64,000 bases of DNA from Octopus vulgaris (taxonomy: Eukaryota): the NCBI GenBank assembly GCA_951406725.2, contig OX597832.1, positions 55,304,001 through 55,368,000 of the forward strand, read 5' to 3'. Below are positions 51,610 to 64,000 of this stretch, in pieces. Each line of letters begins with the position of its first letter. Position 1 is the first letter of the stretch. The notes beneath the pieces are model-generated. The model saw only the letters and a program-made list of their open reading frames with translations, ran no database searches and was not told where the DNA came from. A program made the position numbers and the translations under genes.

Positions 51610-51927
51610 AGGGCGCGTGGCTTAGTGGTTAGGGCATTCGGCTCATGGTCGTAAGGTTGTGAGTTCGATTCCCGGCGACGCGTTGTGTCCTTGAGCAAGA
51701 CACTTTATTTCACGTTGCTCCAGTCCACTCAGCTGGCAAAAATGAGTTGTACTTGTATTTCAAAGGGTCAGCCTTGTCACTCTCTGTGTCACGCTGATTA
51801 TCCCCGAGAACTACGTTAAGGGTACACGTGTCTGTGGAATGCTCAGCCATTTGCACGTTAATTTCACGAGCAAGCTGTTCCGTTGATCGTATCAGCTGGG
51901 ACCCTCGTCGTCGTAACCGGCGGAGTC
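51610..51927 (+). mobile_element. SINE family B, CORE-type body (tRNA-derived head, ccttgagcaagacactt core, tail ending ctcgtcgtcgtaacc..cggagt)
   Basis: Head ggcgcgtggcttagtggttagggc...gagttcgattccc has clear A and B boxes. Related copies at about 1992-2310(+), 25973-26300(+), 61231-61672(+), 46230-46340(+). Confidence 0.8.
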
Positions 51928-52379
51928 TTTTAGATATATAGTAGGTTGTGATTTCAGGAAGGCTTTAGTTTTCATTTTAGTGAGCCCCAACAGCGTTTGA
52001 AGAGACCTTATTAGCTTCAAGACGAGTGTATATATCGCTATTTTAGTAAGCCAACCGTTTTTCTCTCGTGGTCATTTATTATTGGGTTCGGTACAGCATC
52101 TCCGCTTGCCACAAAGCAATGCCGCTCCGCTCGCAATGACAAACGACATTGCTAAAGCAGAATTATTGTCGATGACAATTCAGTAATTCATATATATATA
52201 GATAGATAGATAGATGAAGGGGGTCGTTGTTCGAAAAAAAAGTTCGTTTCTATGTTTTTGTTTTTTTTATGTTTTCGTTTCTCATTGTGTTCAACACTTT
52301 TTTTTATGTCCTGTACACATATATACATGTATATAGACATATTTATGTAGGTATGTACATACATGTATGTATATATGCG

Positions 52380-52533
52380 TTTCTCTCCTTGCTTTTTTCT
52401 TCTGTGTCCCCTTTCTGTAGAAGAGCGTAGGCTCGAAACGTAAAAGACTTTCTCTATTCCTAAGCGTTATACTAATACATCTGTTTGTTTTGTACACCAC
52501 CTGTCTTCGTCTTTTGTTTTTTTCGTAAACTCT

Positions 52534-52536
<3 letters not shown>
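52380..52536 (+). mobile_element. Same element, 5'-truncated copy 2
   Basis: Shares the 3' ~155 bp, including the motif at 52411-52447; ends in (TA)n. Confidence 0.65.
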
Positions 52537-52574
<38 letters not shown>

Positions 52575-53249
52575 TATATATGTTGTTTGTGTGTGACTTG
52601 ATCGGGAATTGAAACGATCTCCTATTTCGCATAAAATCGTGACGACGGATGATAATGTTGGTACTGAGATGGTGACACTGGTGGTAATGGAGGTGGTGGT
52701 GGTGATGGGGATTTTGGTGACGATGATGATGATGATAATGGTGGTGGTGGTGGTGGTAACAACGGCAGATGTGAAATGCTTCATTTTTTTTTCCATTTTT
52801 TTTATTCTTTACCTATTGCTTATTTTACTTATTTTCTGCAAGTACTAGAAGTATTAGCAGTGATGGTGACGATGATGCCGCTGCTGCTGCTACTACTACC
52901 ACTACTACTACTACTGCTGCTGCTGTTGCAGGAGTTGTTGCTACTCCCGGTACGGATCATCATAACGCGACGACGACGGTCCTGACGATTATGGTGCTGG
53001 TGGTGGCGGCGGAAGTGGAGTTTTTGTATATTTCTTTTTTATTCTTATGCATAGACATGAAACTGTCATGTCGTAACGTGGTGGGGAGGGAGGGAGGGTG
53101 ATGGAGTTTGGTGGTGAGAAAAATCGATCGATAGCTATCGGTAACATTCACGTCTCTCTGAAGGGCATTAACGAATTAATCAAAAGCGGGTTCTTGCCGG
53201 GGAATCGAAACCATCAATCGCCGGTATCTTAGTAATAGTTCACACATAC

Positions 53250-53293
53250 TTATATATATGAAGATATATATATATATATATGAAGATATATAT

Positions 53294-53334
<41 letters not shown>

Positions 53335-53401
53335 CATAAATATATATATATATATATATATACATACATAAATATATATATATATATACATACATACATA
53401 A

Positions 53402-53434
<33 letters not shown>

Positions 53435-53452
53435 CATACATACATACATAAA

Positions 53453-53494
<42 letters not shown>

Positions 53495-53514
53495 CATACA
53501 TACATAAATATATG

Positions 53515-53558
<44 letters not shown>

Positions 53559-53676
53559 CATACATACATACATAAATATATATATACACATATATATATA
53601 CATATATATAAATACACACATAAATATATATATATATACACATATATATATATATATATATATACATACATATGTG

Positions 53677-53707
<31 letters not shown>

Positions 53708-53742
53708 ATAATGGCGGTGCCCCAGCATGGCCACAGCTCGTG

Positions 53743-53776
<34 letters not shown>

Positions 53777-54169
53777 ATATATATATATGTAGGCATATGT
53801 AAATATATATATGTATATATATCTATATGTATATGTGTACATATATATATATATGTATGTATATATATATATCTACATATATATGTATGTATATGTATAT
53901 ATATATCTATATATATATATATATACATACATACACGTATACAACGGTAGCGCCTACTTATAAACACGGAAAGAGCCCTAGCAGTCACTATTTATCGTAT
54001 AAAGCAATATGTTTATCTAGCTCCCCTCCATTTCGTATTGAGTTCCGTGTGAGATAACGTGTTATTAGCACACTCTAAACACACTCAGATATGTGAAAAC
54101 AATACACAATGTTATACACACGTGTGTACGTGTAATGTGTTTACACATATGTATGTATGTGTCTGTGCA

Positions 54170-54230
<61 letters not shown>

Positions 54231-54750
54231 ACACACTACTTCATCCACAAAGGTGAACACAGCGTATATATACGTATACATACCCATCTATAGATATGTA
54301 TTTCTCTTTCTCTCTCTCTTTCTACACACACACATATATATATATATATAGTTTGATAAGTATAGATGTATGTATATTTGTATGTATATATATATATATA
54401 TGTGTGTGTATATATGTGTGTATATATGTATATATGCATGTGTGTATATGTGTATATATATGTGTGTGTATATGTGTATATATATGTGTGTGTATATGTG
54501 TATATATATGTGTGTATATGTGTATATATATGTGTGTATATGTGTATATATATGTGTGTGTATATGTGTATATATATATGTGTGTATATGTGTATATATA
54601 TATGTGTGTATATGTGTATATATATGTGTGTGTATATGTGTATATATATGTGTGTGTATATGTGTATATATATGTGTGTATATGTGTATATATATATGTG
54701 TGTATATGTGTATATATATGTGTGTATATATATATATATATACACACATT
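53250..54750. repeat. Large (TA)n/(TG)n/(TACA)n microsatellite field
   Basis: Direct reading; includes a short SINE-A fragment at about 53712-53736 and short unique spacers. Confidence 0.9.
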
Positions 54751-54925
54751 ATAACTCATATCGGTCGTAAACGCCAGTTATTTAAATGCAAGGATATTTA
54801 TATATATAAAACACATTCGCATGCATTCACAGATAAAGTCGGTGAGTCGATGTGTATATAAAAGTATACACATATCTCAGTCTTTCACCATCTCTCTCCA
54901 TCCCCTAATCACACACACACACACA

Positions 54926-54970
<45 letters not shown>

Positions 54971-56070
54971 CATACATGTGTTTGTGTTCAGTTGCCCAAT
55001 AAAATTGCTTCTATGTTTATATATCCGTATGTATGTATGCATGTGTGTGTGTGTGTGTGTGTGTGTGTCTTTTGCAACGGTGTGAAGTTGGTTGCGAAGA
55101 ACTAAAGGATTTCTTCGCCAGCTTTTTTCCCCCCATCCCTCTCGCCCCAATATTCTGTAAGAACCATCAACGCCACCACCACCACCACCACAACCACTAC
55201 CATTACGGCCGCCTTCTTCGCCGCCGCCGCCGCCATCACCATCACAAGCAGTTTTACGGCATTCTCTCTCTCTCTCTCTCTCTTTCTCCCCCCCTCTCTC
55301 TCTCTGTTCTCGTCTTTACATCCGAGCCTGTATCTATGGTGATATCTCTTACGGAGGAGCTATTGCAAAATTTTTTATTTTATTTTTTTTATTTTTGTTG
55401 CTGTTTTTTTTATTTTTAGTTTTTTATTTATTCGTTTTATTGTATTTATTTATTTATTTATTTATTTATTTGCCGATAATATCGTATATCGATCAATTCA
55501 TGATGTTAAATCGTGGCGACAATGATCGCCGTAGCAACACGCCCGCTCTATTGTGCGTGTGTGTGTGTGTGTGTGTCTGTGTGTGTGTTTGTGAGTGTGT
55601 GTGTGTGTTCGCGCGCGCGTAGCAGAGGAAGCTGTGAGTGTGCGCGCACTTCAATGTACATCTTAATGTCGGCTTGTGTTTGTATTGGTGTGTGTGTATA
55701 TGTATGCGGATCTGTGTGTGTGTGTGTGTATAATATTTTCGATTTCCGTGCATGCGTGAGTGTGCGTACGCACGTATGTGTGTGTGTGTGCATGTGTTTT
55801 TGTGTGTGTACGTGCTTACATTTCTTTCCAAACGTGTGTGTACGTGTGTGTGTTTATGTGTGTGTGTAAATCTACGTACGTATATTTACTTCAATTTCTG
55901 CGCGTGCGTGCTCACATCGTAGTTTAATATCTTCGCCTGCGTATGTGTCTATATATATATATATATATATATAATAACAAATTAATAAATAAAATATATG
56001 CATATATACATACATATATGTACGTACCCACATCTATATGTATATATACATGCATATATGGGTACAGATA

Positions 56071-56115
<45 letters not shown>

Positions 56116-56754
56116 ATTTAACAGGCGAAACTGATCGGTACATAGGTAATCGTTATTATTTCGTATATTTTCATTCGTCTCGCTTATTTTTTACACTTAG
56201 GTTTGTGCTGAGTTTTTATTTGAGAACACTTTCTTTGTGGAAAATAGCGATTTCGACGTCTATATCTAGCATATTGACCGTCCACTTGTAGTGGACACTC
56301 CTTTAAATTTTGTACATATATATATATATATATATATGCACGTATATACACATCTGTGTTGGAACGTGATCGTGTGTGATGTCTGTGTGCGTTTGCACAC
56401 ACTTCTATATATGTGTAACTGTATACGTACGTATATTCTCTCTTTCCTTCTCTCTCTCTCTCTCTCTCACACTTTCTCCTCTTACGTGGAGTGTGCTTGT
56501 GTCTATGTTGTGTTAGAAATATCAGAATAATAAATAACACAGGGAGAGAGAACGAAGAAGCAAGCAGAGAGAGAAAGTCCAGAAAGGTTTTTTTTTTTTC
56601 TGTATTAAAATTTTCGGTGGTGCCTTTTCATTCTCACCTAGCTTCCTTCTCTTCTCCTTACCAAATTCTATCTCGCCATCCATCCGTGTACATACTCACA
56701 CGTAACAACGACAGCAGAGCAAGACATACACACACACACCACAAACGTACCACT

Positions 56755-56787
<33 letters not shown>

Positions 56788-57469
56788 GTATTGTTGTTCT
56801 CTCTATCAGCTTCGTTCGTTGAACGTTCTCGGTCTCGCTATGGCTGGCCTTGCATCCGTCACAGGAGGAGGCCGCCATTTCTGTGTCCTGCTGTTTTATT
56901 GCGGCAGGAGAGGAGAGAGACACATTACAAATAATCGATGCCAAAAACTCGATGTCTGATGTAATCATTTCTCTTCTCTTCTCCTCTCCCTGTCTCCCCC
57001 CTCTTTTCATTCCCCCCTCTACACAAATACATCTCTTTCTATCTCTATCTCCATCTCTATCTCAATGTCGTTCGCTCTTTGTCGTTTCCTCTTTCTCTCT
57101 CTCCCCATCAATCTCTTCATTTATTACTGTCTCTCTCTCTTTCACTCCTTCTCCCTCTCTACCTCTCCCTCTCACTCCTTTCCTTCCGTAAAACGAACGT
57201 CTGTTTTCGCTTTCATCATTATTCCTGCCGTTTTCTGTTTTTGTTTTTGTTCTTGCTTCTCGTGGTAGCCTATTTCTATATTTATTTATTTATAAACGAA
57301 TAAATATTTATTTCTCTCTCATCTAACGAGTTCTTTAGTTTCAGTTTCACAAAAATAAAAACGGGGTGGGATTGAAACAAAATGTAAAAGTCCTTTGAAT
57401 CATCCTCATCATCATCATCGTCGTCATCACCATCATCGTTGTTATTCTTATTACTATTAAGTATTATTA

Positions 57470-57694
57470 TCGAGGCGGTGAGCTAGTAGAATACGAAGCA
57501 ATTCGGTGAAAAATGATCAGCGACATTTCTTACGGCTTTACGCTCTTAAGTTCAAAATGCCGCCGAGGTTGACTTTGCATTTCATATGGGGTGGATGAAA
57601 TAAGTACCAGTTGAGTACTGGGGGATGGGGATTATGTGCTCGAGTAACCCCCCTCCCCTCAAATTTACTGTCCTCGTGCCTAAATCGGAAATTA

Positions 57695-57736
<42 letters not shown>

Positions 57737-58142
57737 GCGAAGGTGGCAAGCTGGCAGAATCAGTAGCACGCGGCATTTCGTCCGTCCTTACGTTCTGAGT
57801 TCAAATTCCACCGAGGTCGACTTTGCCTTTCATCTTTTCGGAAACGATAAATTAAATACCAGTGAAACACTGGGGTCGATGTAATCGACTAGCCCTCCTC
57901 CAACCCAAATTTCAGGACTTGTGCCTATAGTAGAAATGATTATTATTATTATGATTATTATTATTGTTAAGGTGGCAGCTGGTAGTTCTTAGTTCAAATT
58001 CCGCCGAAGTCGACTTTGCCTTTCATCCTTTCGGGATCGATAAAGTAAGTACCAGTTGAGTACTGGGGTCGATCTGATCGACTATCTCCCTCCTCACAAA
58101 ATCCCGGCCTTATGCCTATAGTAGAAAGGATTATTATTATTG
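57470..58142 (+). mobile_element. Cluster of three SINE family C copies separated by (ATT)n
   Basis: Repeated gagttcaaattcc..gtcgactttgcctttcatc core; tails end gtgcctatagtagaaaggattattatt. Confidence 0.8.
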
Positions 58143-58678
58143 TCATTTGGTACAAATAATAATCCGCTTCGATTTAATGGACAGGAGGACTCTCTCTCGC
58201 AACAAACATTCCTGGCCGAAGGTCTCTTTTGTTCTTCCGGTACATGGTCAATAAAATATATACGTGCAGTACAATGGGGCTTAATGAATTGGTTCCACTG
58301 CTCTCATTAATATTGCGTGGTTGCGAAGAAATACTGTCGGTACTCTCTGGCTCACAAGTCTAATTTTCCAGAACAAAATATTAAAGCAAAAAAAAACAAA
58401 CCCACAGGCCGACTAATACACCAAGACAACTTTGGAGAACGAAAAACTTCCGTATGAAGAGCAGTAGGATGTGGGAAGATAAATGACGATGTTTAAATAT
58501 TTAACCCCGTATTTACATGATACTAACTAGAGATTTATTAGGCCTTATGCCTATAAAAGAACGGATTATAGGGTTTTCTACTTCGAGTTTAGCAGTTATA
58601 AAAAAAAATCGAATTATTTCACGTTCTGTCAAAGTTTCTAAATTCTTATTACGTAATATATTATATATATATATTCGT

Positions 58679-58946
58679 ATTGGAAGTCACTTGACCCTGT
58701 TATCTCCCCTACTGTGTCCCTCTTGCGTCTGACCACTGTCCGAAGTCAGGACGCCATGATAAACCGTTAGCTCCTACACGCATTTTTTTCTCTCCTTGTT
58801 TTTTTTTTTTCTGTGTATCTTTCTGTCGAAGAGCGTAGGCTCGAAACATAAAAGACTTCTTCTATTCCTAAGCGCTATACTAATACATTTGTTTGTTTGT
58901 ACTCCACCTGCCTTCGTCTTTTGTTTATTTTCGTAAACTTTCCCTT

Positions 58947-58948
<2 letters not shown>
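58679..58948 (+). mobile_element. Same element, copy 3
   Basis: Colinear with 11975-12253; motif at 58818-58855; ends in (TA)n. Confidence 0.65.
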
Positions 58949-58984
<36 letters not shown>

Positions 58985-58995
58985 GTAAATATATG

Positions 58996-59097
58996 TGACA
59001 ATTATTCGGTAGCCATGATAAAACTCCAAGTTTCGGCTGTCGGGGCAGAAAACATCCGAAACTCGGAGTTTTATCATGGTTACCGATATAATTGTCA
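58996..59097. mobile_element. Palindromic mini-element (~41-bp arms, 19-nt loop)
   Basis: tgacaattattcggtagccatgataaaactccaagtttcgg pairs with ccgaaactcggagttttatcatggttaccgatataattgtca; TA-rich flanks. Confidence 0.7.
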
Positions 59098-59709
59098 TAT
59101 ATTATATTCACAGATAAATTCCTCTATTTACATAATATCGAGGTCTCTTTCATTCTTTTGTTGTCTTGCCATTTTCTATCAATATGTATGTACGTACGTA
59201 TGTATACATCATAAGAACTGAGATTCTTCGAGATAACGCGAAATATGTGCGTGTCTGTGTGTGTATGTGTGTGTGTGTGTTCGCGCGCGTGCGCCTTCGT
59301 ATTTCTCACTTTTCGCATGTTTGTGTTTTAATTTAATCAAATTCGTTGTTATGGGAAACATTCTTGTACTTGTGTTTAATGAGGATGCACATTCCATCTA
59401 ATGTATTCCACACACACACACACACACACTTAATGGTGAGATGTCGGTCGGTCGGTGCAAAGTACGCCCACCAATCGCTCAACCCCACCCTCACCATCGC
59501 CCTGACACGTCTTCAGACGCCTTTCTCTCCTTACGTTCGCTCGCGAGATTCTTTTCTGACATTTACGAATTAGCTTCCACTCGAGGAAGAATTCCTGCTT
59601 ATCTTTGGCAGATCCGCGCTCGGAGAGTTTCAAACCAAATGCTTTCCTTAATTGATCTCTCTGAAATCACGTGATAACAATAATGCAAGCGATAGCAGCT
59701 GCAGCAGCG

Positions 59710-60595
59710 GGATTTGAACTCGGAACGTAAAGACGGTTGAAATGCCGCTTAGCATTTTACGATTCATTCTGTCAGCTCAAGGCCTGAAATTTTGGTGAAG
59801 GGAATGGATCGATTACATCGACCTCAGTGTTTCTTTCATTAGTACTTAATTTATTGACCCTCGAAGGGATAAAAGGCAAAGTCGATCTCGTTGGAATTTG
59901 AACTCAGAACCTAAGGACAAACGAAATGCCGCAAATCATTTTTTTTTCCGGCATGCTAACGATTCTGCCAGCTCGCCACCTTTGTAATAATAATAATCCT
60001 TTCTGCTATAGACACAAGGACAGGAATTTGGGGTAAGGGACAAGTCGATTACATCAACCTTGGTGGAATTTGAACTCAGAACGTAGAGGTAGACAAAATA
60101 CTTATTTCTATTTCTTTACTACCCACAAGGGGCTAAATACAGAGAGCACAAACAAGGACAGACAAACGGATTAAATCGTTTACATTGACCCCAGTGCGTA
60201 ACTGGTACTTATTTAATCGACTCCGAAAGGATGAAAGGCAAAGTCGACCTCGGCGGAACTTGAACTCAGAACGTAACGGCAGAGGCAATACGGCTACGCA
60301 TTTCGCCCGGCGTGCTAACGATTTTGCCAGCTCGCCGCCTTTAATAATAAAAATAATAATAATAATAAAAATGCTTTCAAATGTTGCCACAAGAGCAGCT
60401 ACTTTGGGGGCGTCGATTGGGGTGTAAGTCGATTACGTCGGCCCCAGTGTTTCACTGGTACTCATTTTATTGACTTCGAAACGTTGAAAGGCAAAGTCGA
60501 CCTCGGCGGAATTTGAACTCAGAACGTAGCGGCGGGCGATATACCGCCAAGCATTTCACTCGGCGTGCTAACGATTCTACCTGCTCACTACCTTT
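59710..60595 (-). mobile_element. Cluster of SINE family C copies and fragments
   Basis: Five occurrences of the tttgaactc(a/g)gaac-type block in the same orientation. Confidence 0.8.
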
Positions 60596-60597
60596 AT

Positions 60598-60623
60598 TAT
60601 GATGATAATAATAATAATAATAG

Positions 60624-60655
<32 letters not shown>

Positions 60656-60800
60656 GTAATGATAATAATAATAATAATAATAGTAATGATAATAATAATA
60701 GTAATGATAATAATAATAATAGTAATAATAATAATAATAGTAATGATAATAATAATAATAATAGTAATGATAATAATAATAGTAATAATAATAATAATTG
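60598..60800. repeat. (AAT)n with AGT/GAT variants
   Basis: Direct reading. Confidence 0.95.
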
Positions 60801-61107
60801 TAGTAATCGTAGTGGCGTTTCTAGTTTTGGCACAAAGCCCACGAATTTATGAAGAGTGGTTTGGTGGAAAGCTAGATCGTGTCGATTATTGCTAAGCGAA
60901 GCGGTAATAAAAGCAATACGAAGAAGATATTTCGCACGAAAGGATATGCAAATATCTTTTATCAAACGTCTCAGACAAATAAATAGATAAATAAACAAAC
61001 AAAAAAAGAAAAGAAAAGAAAACACAGATAAATGTGGGTGAATAGGTATGATACGAGAGAGTAATAATATTTAGCACTGCGTGGAAATGTGTGTCTGTAT
61101 GTATGTA

Positions 61108-61160
<53 letters not shown>

Positions 61161-61709
61161 GTATATATATATATGTATATATATATATATGTATATATGT
61201 ATATATATATGTATATGTATGTATATATGTGAAGGCGCATGGCTCAGTGGTTAGAGCGTCGAGCTTACGATCGTGAGGTTGTGAGATCGATTCCCAGACC
61301 GGGCTGCGTGTTGTATTCTTGAGTAAGACACTTTATTTCACAATTTTAGCATGTGACTTTGTGGTCAGGGTATTCGGCTCGCGATCATAAGGTCGTGAGA
61401 TCGATTTCTGGCGGCGCGTTTTGTCCTTGAGCAAGACAACTTTATTTCACGTTGCTCCAGTCCACCCCAGCTGGCAAAAATGAGTCGGACCTGTAATACA
61501 AAAGGGCCAGCCATATCACATTCTGTGTCAAAATGAATCTCCCTCACAACTGCGTTAAAAGTAACACATGTCCACGGAATACTCAGCAGCCATTTTCACG
61601 TTAATTTCGCGAGCTGGCTGTTATGTTCGTCTGACCAACTGGAACACTCGTCGTCGTAACCGACGGGGTGCCAATACATATTTTAGCGCAGGCGTTTGTG
61701 TATTGAAAG

Positions 61710-61939
61710 GCGGCGAGCTGGCAGAAACGTTAGCACGCCGGGCGAAATGCGTAGCCGTATTTCGTCTGCCGTTACGTTCTGGGTTCAAATTCCGCCGAGG
61801 TCGACTTTGCCTTTCATCCGTTCGGGGTCGATAAATTAAGTACCAGTTACGCACTGGGGTCGATGTAATCGACTTAATCCGTTTGTCTGTCCTTGTTTGT
61901 CCTCTCTGTGTTTAGCCCTTTGTGGGTAGTAAAGAAATA
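61710..61939 (+). mobile_element. SINE family C monomer (~230 bp) with 15-bp TSD
   Basis: Head ggcggcgagctggcagaa and B-box-like ggttcaaattcc; central gcctttcatcc.ttcggggtcgataaattaagtaccag block (resembles the Meta-type SINE domain, from memory). TSD tttgtgtattgaaag at 61695-61709 and 61940-61954. Other copies at about 395-540, 915-1103, 17291-17460, 21790-21995, 29980-30200, 36030-36264, 44080-44310, 63800-64000. Confidence 0.85.
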
Positions 61940-62157
61940 TTTGTGTATTGAAAGTGCTGCTGTGCTCCGTCTCCGAATGCAGGAGTCGACCTCTCATCAG
62001 GCGGTGTAGTAGCTCTGTAAGTGCTACACTGCTACTTTTACTAGTTTTGTTGATTTAATTGGTTGATTATCCTGATTTGAACATTATTCTAGTATTATCT
62101 GTAAATATTTTCTTCATTTCATGGCTAATGTGTTTCTTGTGTTGTGTTATTTTTCAG

Positions 62158-62303
62158 ACCAATTCATGATGCAGTGGAAAACGACCATCTGGAAATGGTA
62201 CGGTTACTGCTAGCGTTCGGTGCGGACCCTCTCTTGACCACTTACAGTGGAAAGTCCCCGATAAAGATCGCCAGGTCAGGGAAAATGATTAACTTACTGA
62301 AAG
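62158..62303 (+). CDS. BCOR: Internal coding exon of BCOR-like gene, last ankyrin repeat, 146 nt, phase 2-1
   Basis: Acceptor ttattttttcag and donor G|gtaagc. The first A completes the split AG|A Arg codon. Translates [48 protein letters not shown]; [24 protein letters not shown] is characteristic of BCOR/BCORL1. Confidence 0.93.
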
Positions 62304-62339
62304 GTAAGCAGACAACTTTCTACATCCTCTTCCTCCTCC

Positions 62340-62690
62340 TCATCATCATCATCATACGACCTTTCTCCACGCTGGCATTGTTTGAACAATTGTCAGGAGC
62401 TGGAAATCCGGAGGGTTGCACCAATTTCTATGGCATGGTGTCTACGGCTGGATGCCCTTCCTATCGCCAACAACTTTACGGAGCATACTGGATGCCCTTC
62501 CTATCGCCAACAACTTTACGGAGCATACTGGATGCTTTTTACGTGAAGCCAGCACGGGTGCTCTTTAAGTCGCTCGGGCGCGGGTGTTTTTTTACATGGC
62601 GCCGGCACAGGTGGTTTTTTACCTGGTGTGGGCACGGGTGCCTTTTACGTGGCGTCGGCACGTTGCTTTTTACCTGGTGCTTTTTACATA
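62340..62690 (-). mobile_element. Family D copy with a 40-bp tandem duplication and an internal ~22-bp minisatellite
   Basis: ctggatgcccttcctatcgccaacaactttacggagcata occurs twice, followed by repeated tttacg(c)tgg..ggcacgggtg units; (CAT)n tail at the 62340 end. Confidence 0.65.
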
Positions 62691-64000
62691 TCTTATTGAC
62701 TTATTTATCGATTATTTAAAATCGTCCCCAGAACTTATTCTTTGTAAGCCTAGTGCGTTATTCTATCGGTCTCTTTTGCCGAACCGCTAAGTTACGGGGA
62801 CGTAAACACACCCGCATCGGTTGTCAAGCGATGTTGGGGGAGTGGGGACAAACACAGACACACAAACATATACACACATACATATAAATATATACGACGG
62901 GCTTCTTTCAGTTTCCGTCTACCAAATCCACCGACAAGGTTTTGGTCGGTCCGAGGCTATAGTAGACACTTGCCCAAGGTGTATTATTATTATTGTTATT
63001 GTTGTTATATAGTTCACCAACTGCTTTACACGTAAGGCACCCACCCGTATCTCCAAGTAGGAGTGGACTCTGAAATGAATACACCACACGCCGATGTATT
63101 CATGTCAGTAGTAAGGTGATACCCTATAAATGGACCGGTGGAGACATACTCTCCACAACTATTATTCATACAACGTAATCTTATCACTTTTAGCCATATA
63201 CATCAATATACATTCCTCTCCCACAATGTTACATTTTTTCATTTACTCGTGTTCGTTTTTTACTTGTTGGTTATTGTTGGTTGTCTTTCATCTCGGCCGT
63301 CATTCATGTCTCGTCTACCATTTCAGCAACCCTTCCCTATTTCCTATATCCCCCAATATCCTTCACTCTTGTCGTTTTCGTGACCTGCCTTCTATATAAA
63401 GAACACCCTGACCTCTTTATTTCGCTACCTTTTTCGCACCAGTACTCCAAACCTGTAAGCGTTTAATTTTGTGTTGTTGTATATCGGGTGGGTAATTACA
63501 CCAATAATAAGTACGTGCACTGGTTCTGTTTCACTTCTTTTGTTATTACTAGTCAGTAGGTTAACCCTTTAACTAATTAGCTAATCAGTTCTTTTTATTA
63601 ATCGTTCGGTTTGAAGTAGAGAGGGCATGGCATTGATGAGGTCGCGAAAGGGCTTTGACAAACATAGTCGATTGATTGACATAGCGATTAAATCAAATAA
63701 TCAGTTAGTTAATTGATTAATCAATTAGTTAATTGAAACGGGCCGCATGAGTCCTCATCAGGCGGGCCGTACTCTTTTACTTGTTTCAGTCATTTGACTG
63801 CGGCCCCAGTGTGTCACTGGTACGCAATTTACCAACCTCGAAAGGATGAAAAGCAAAGTCGACCTCGGCGGAATTTTGAACTCAGAACGTAAAGACGAAA
63901 GAAATGCCGTTAAGTATTTTGCTCGGCGTGCTTAACCATTCTTATTTCTTTACTACCCACAAGGGGCTAAACACAAGGAGACAAACAAGGACAGAAAAAC

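Noticed and set aside
62304-62719. Extension of the 191-aa ORF beyond the ankyrin exon
   Set aside because: Similarity ends at a strong gtaagc donor; the rest is an antisense family D repeat.
63735-63772. Minus-strand CTGATGA with GC-rich flanks (a similar case at about 61965-62005)
   Set aside because: No properly placed GAAA or stems. The cgggccgcatg..cgggccg pattern looks more like a hAT-type MITE subterminal fragment.

Overview
This is repeat-saturated animal genomic DNA, most likely an octopus or related coleoid cephalopod (inferred from the SINE families and the extreme (TA)n/(CA)n/(CT)n load). The only protein-coding content I can support is three + strand exons (20021-20122, 24687-24853, 62158-62303). 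They splice in frame into the ankyrin-repeat region of a BCOR/BCORL1-type corepressor and are separated by 4.6-kb and 37.3-kb introns, so most or all of the window probably lies inside one pre-mRNA. Almost all ORFs in the track are microsatellite or SINE read-throughs. The introns hold roughly 50 copies or fragments of four SINE-like families, several MITE/foldback elements, LINE-like 3' ends and a ~181-bp tandem repeat. The most notable observations are: (1) three dispersed copies of a Penelope/retrozyme-like element with a minimal type-I hammerhead fold and a non-canonical core (CUGU-N-GA plus an extra A); (2) SINE head-to-tail multimers with one fixed junction at several loci, one of them inside a single 18-bp TSD; (3) a hairpin module shared between SINE families that shows a compensatory base-pair change; (4) many long intronic inverted repeats that could be ADAR or back-splicing substrates. 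Repeat boundaries were read by eye and are approximate; family names A-D are my working labels.
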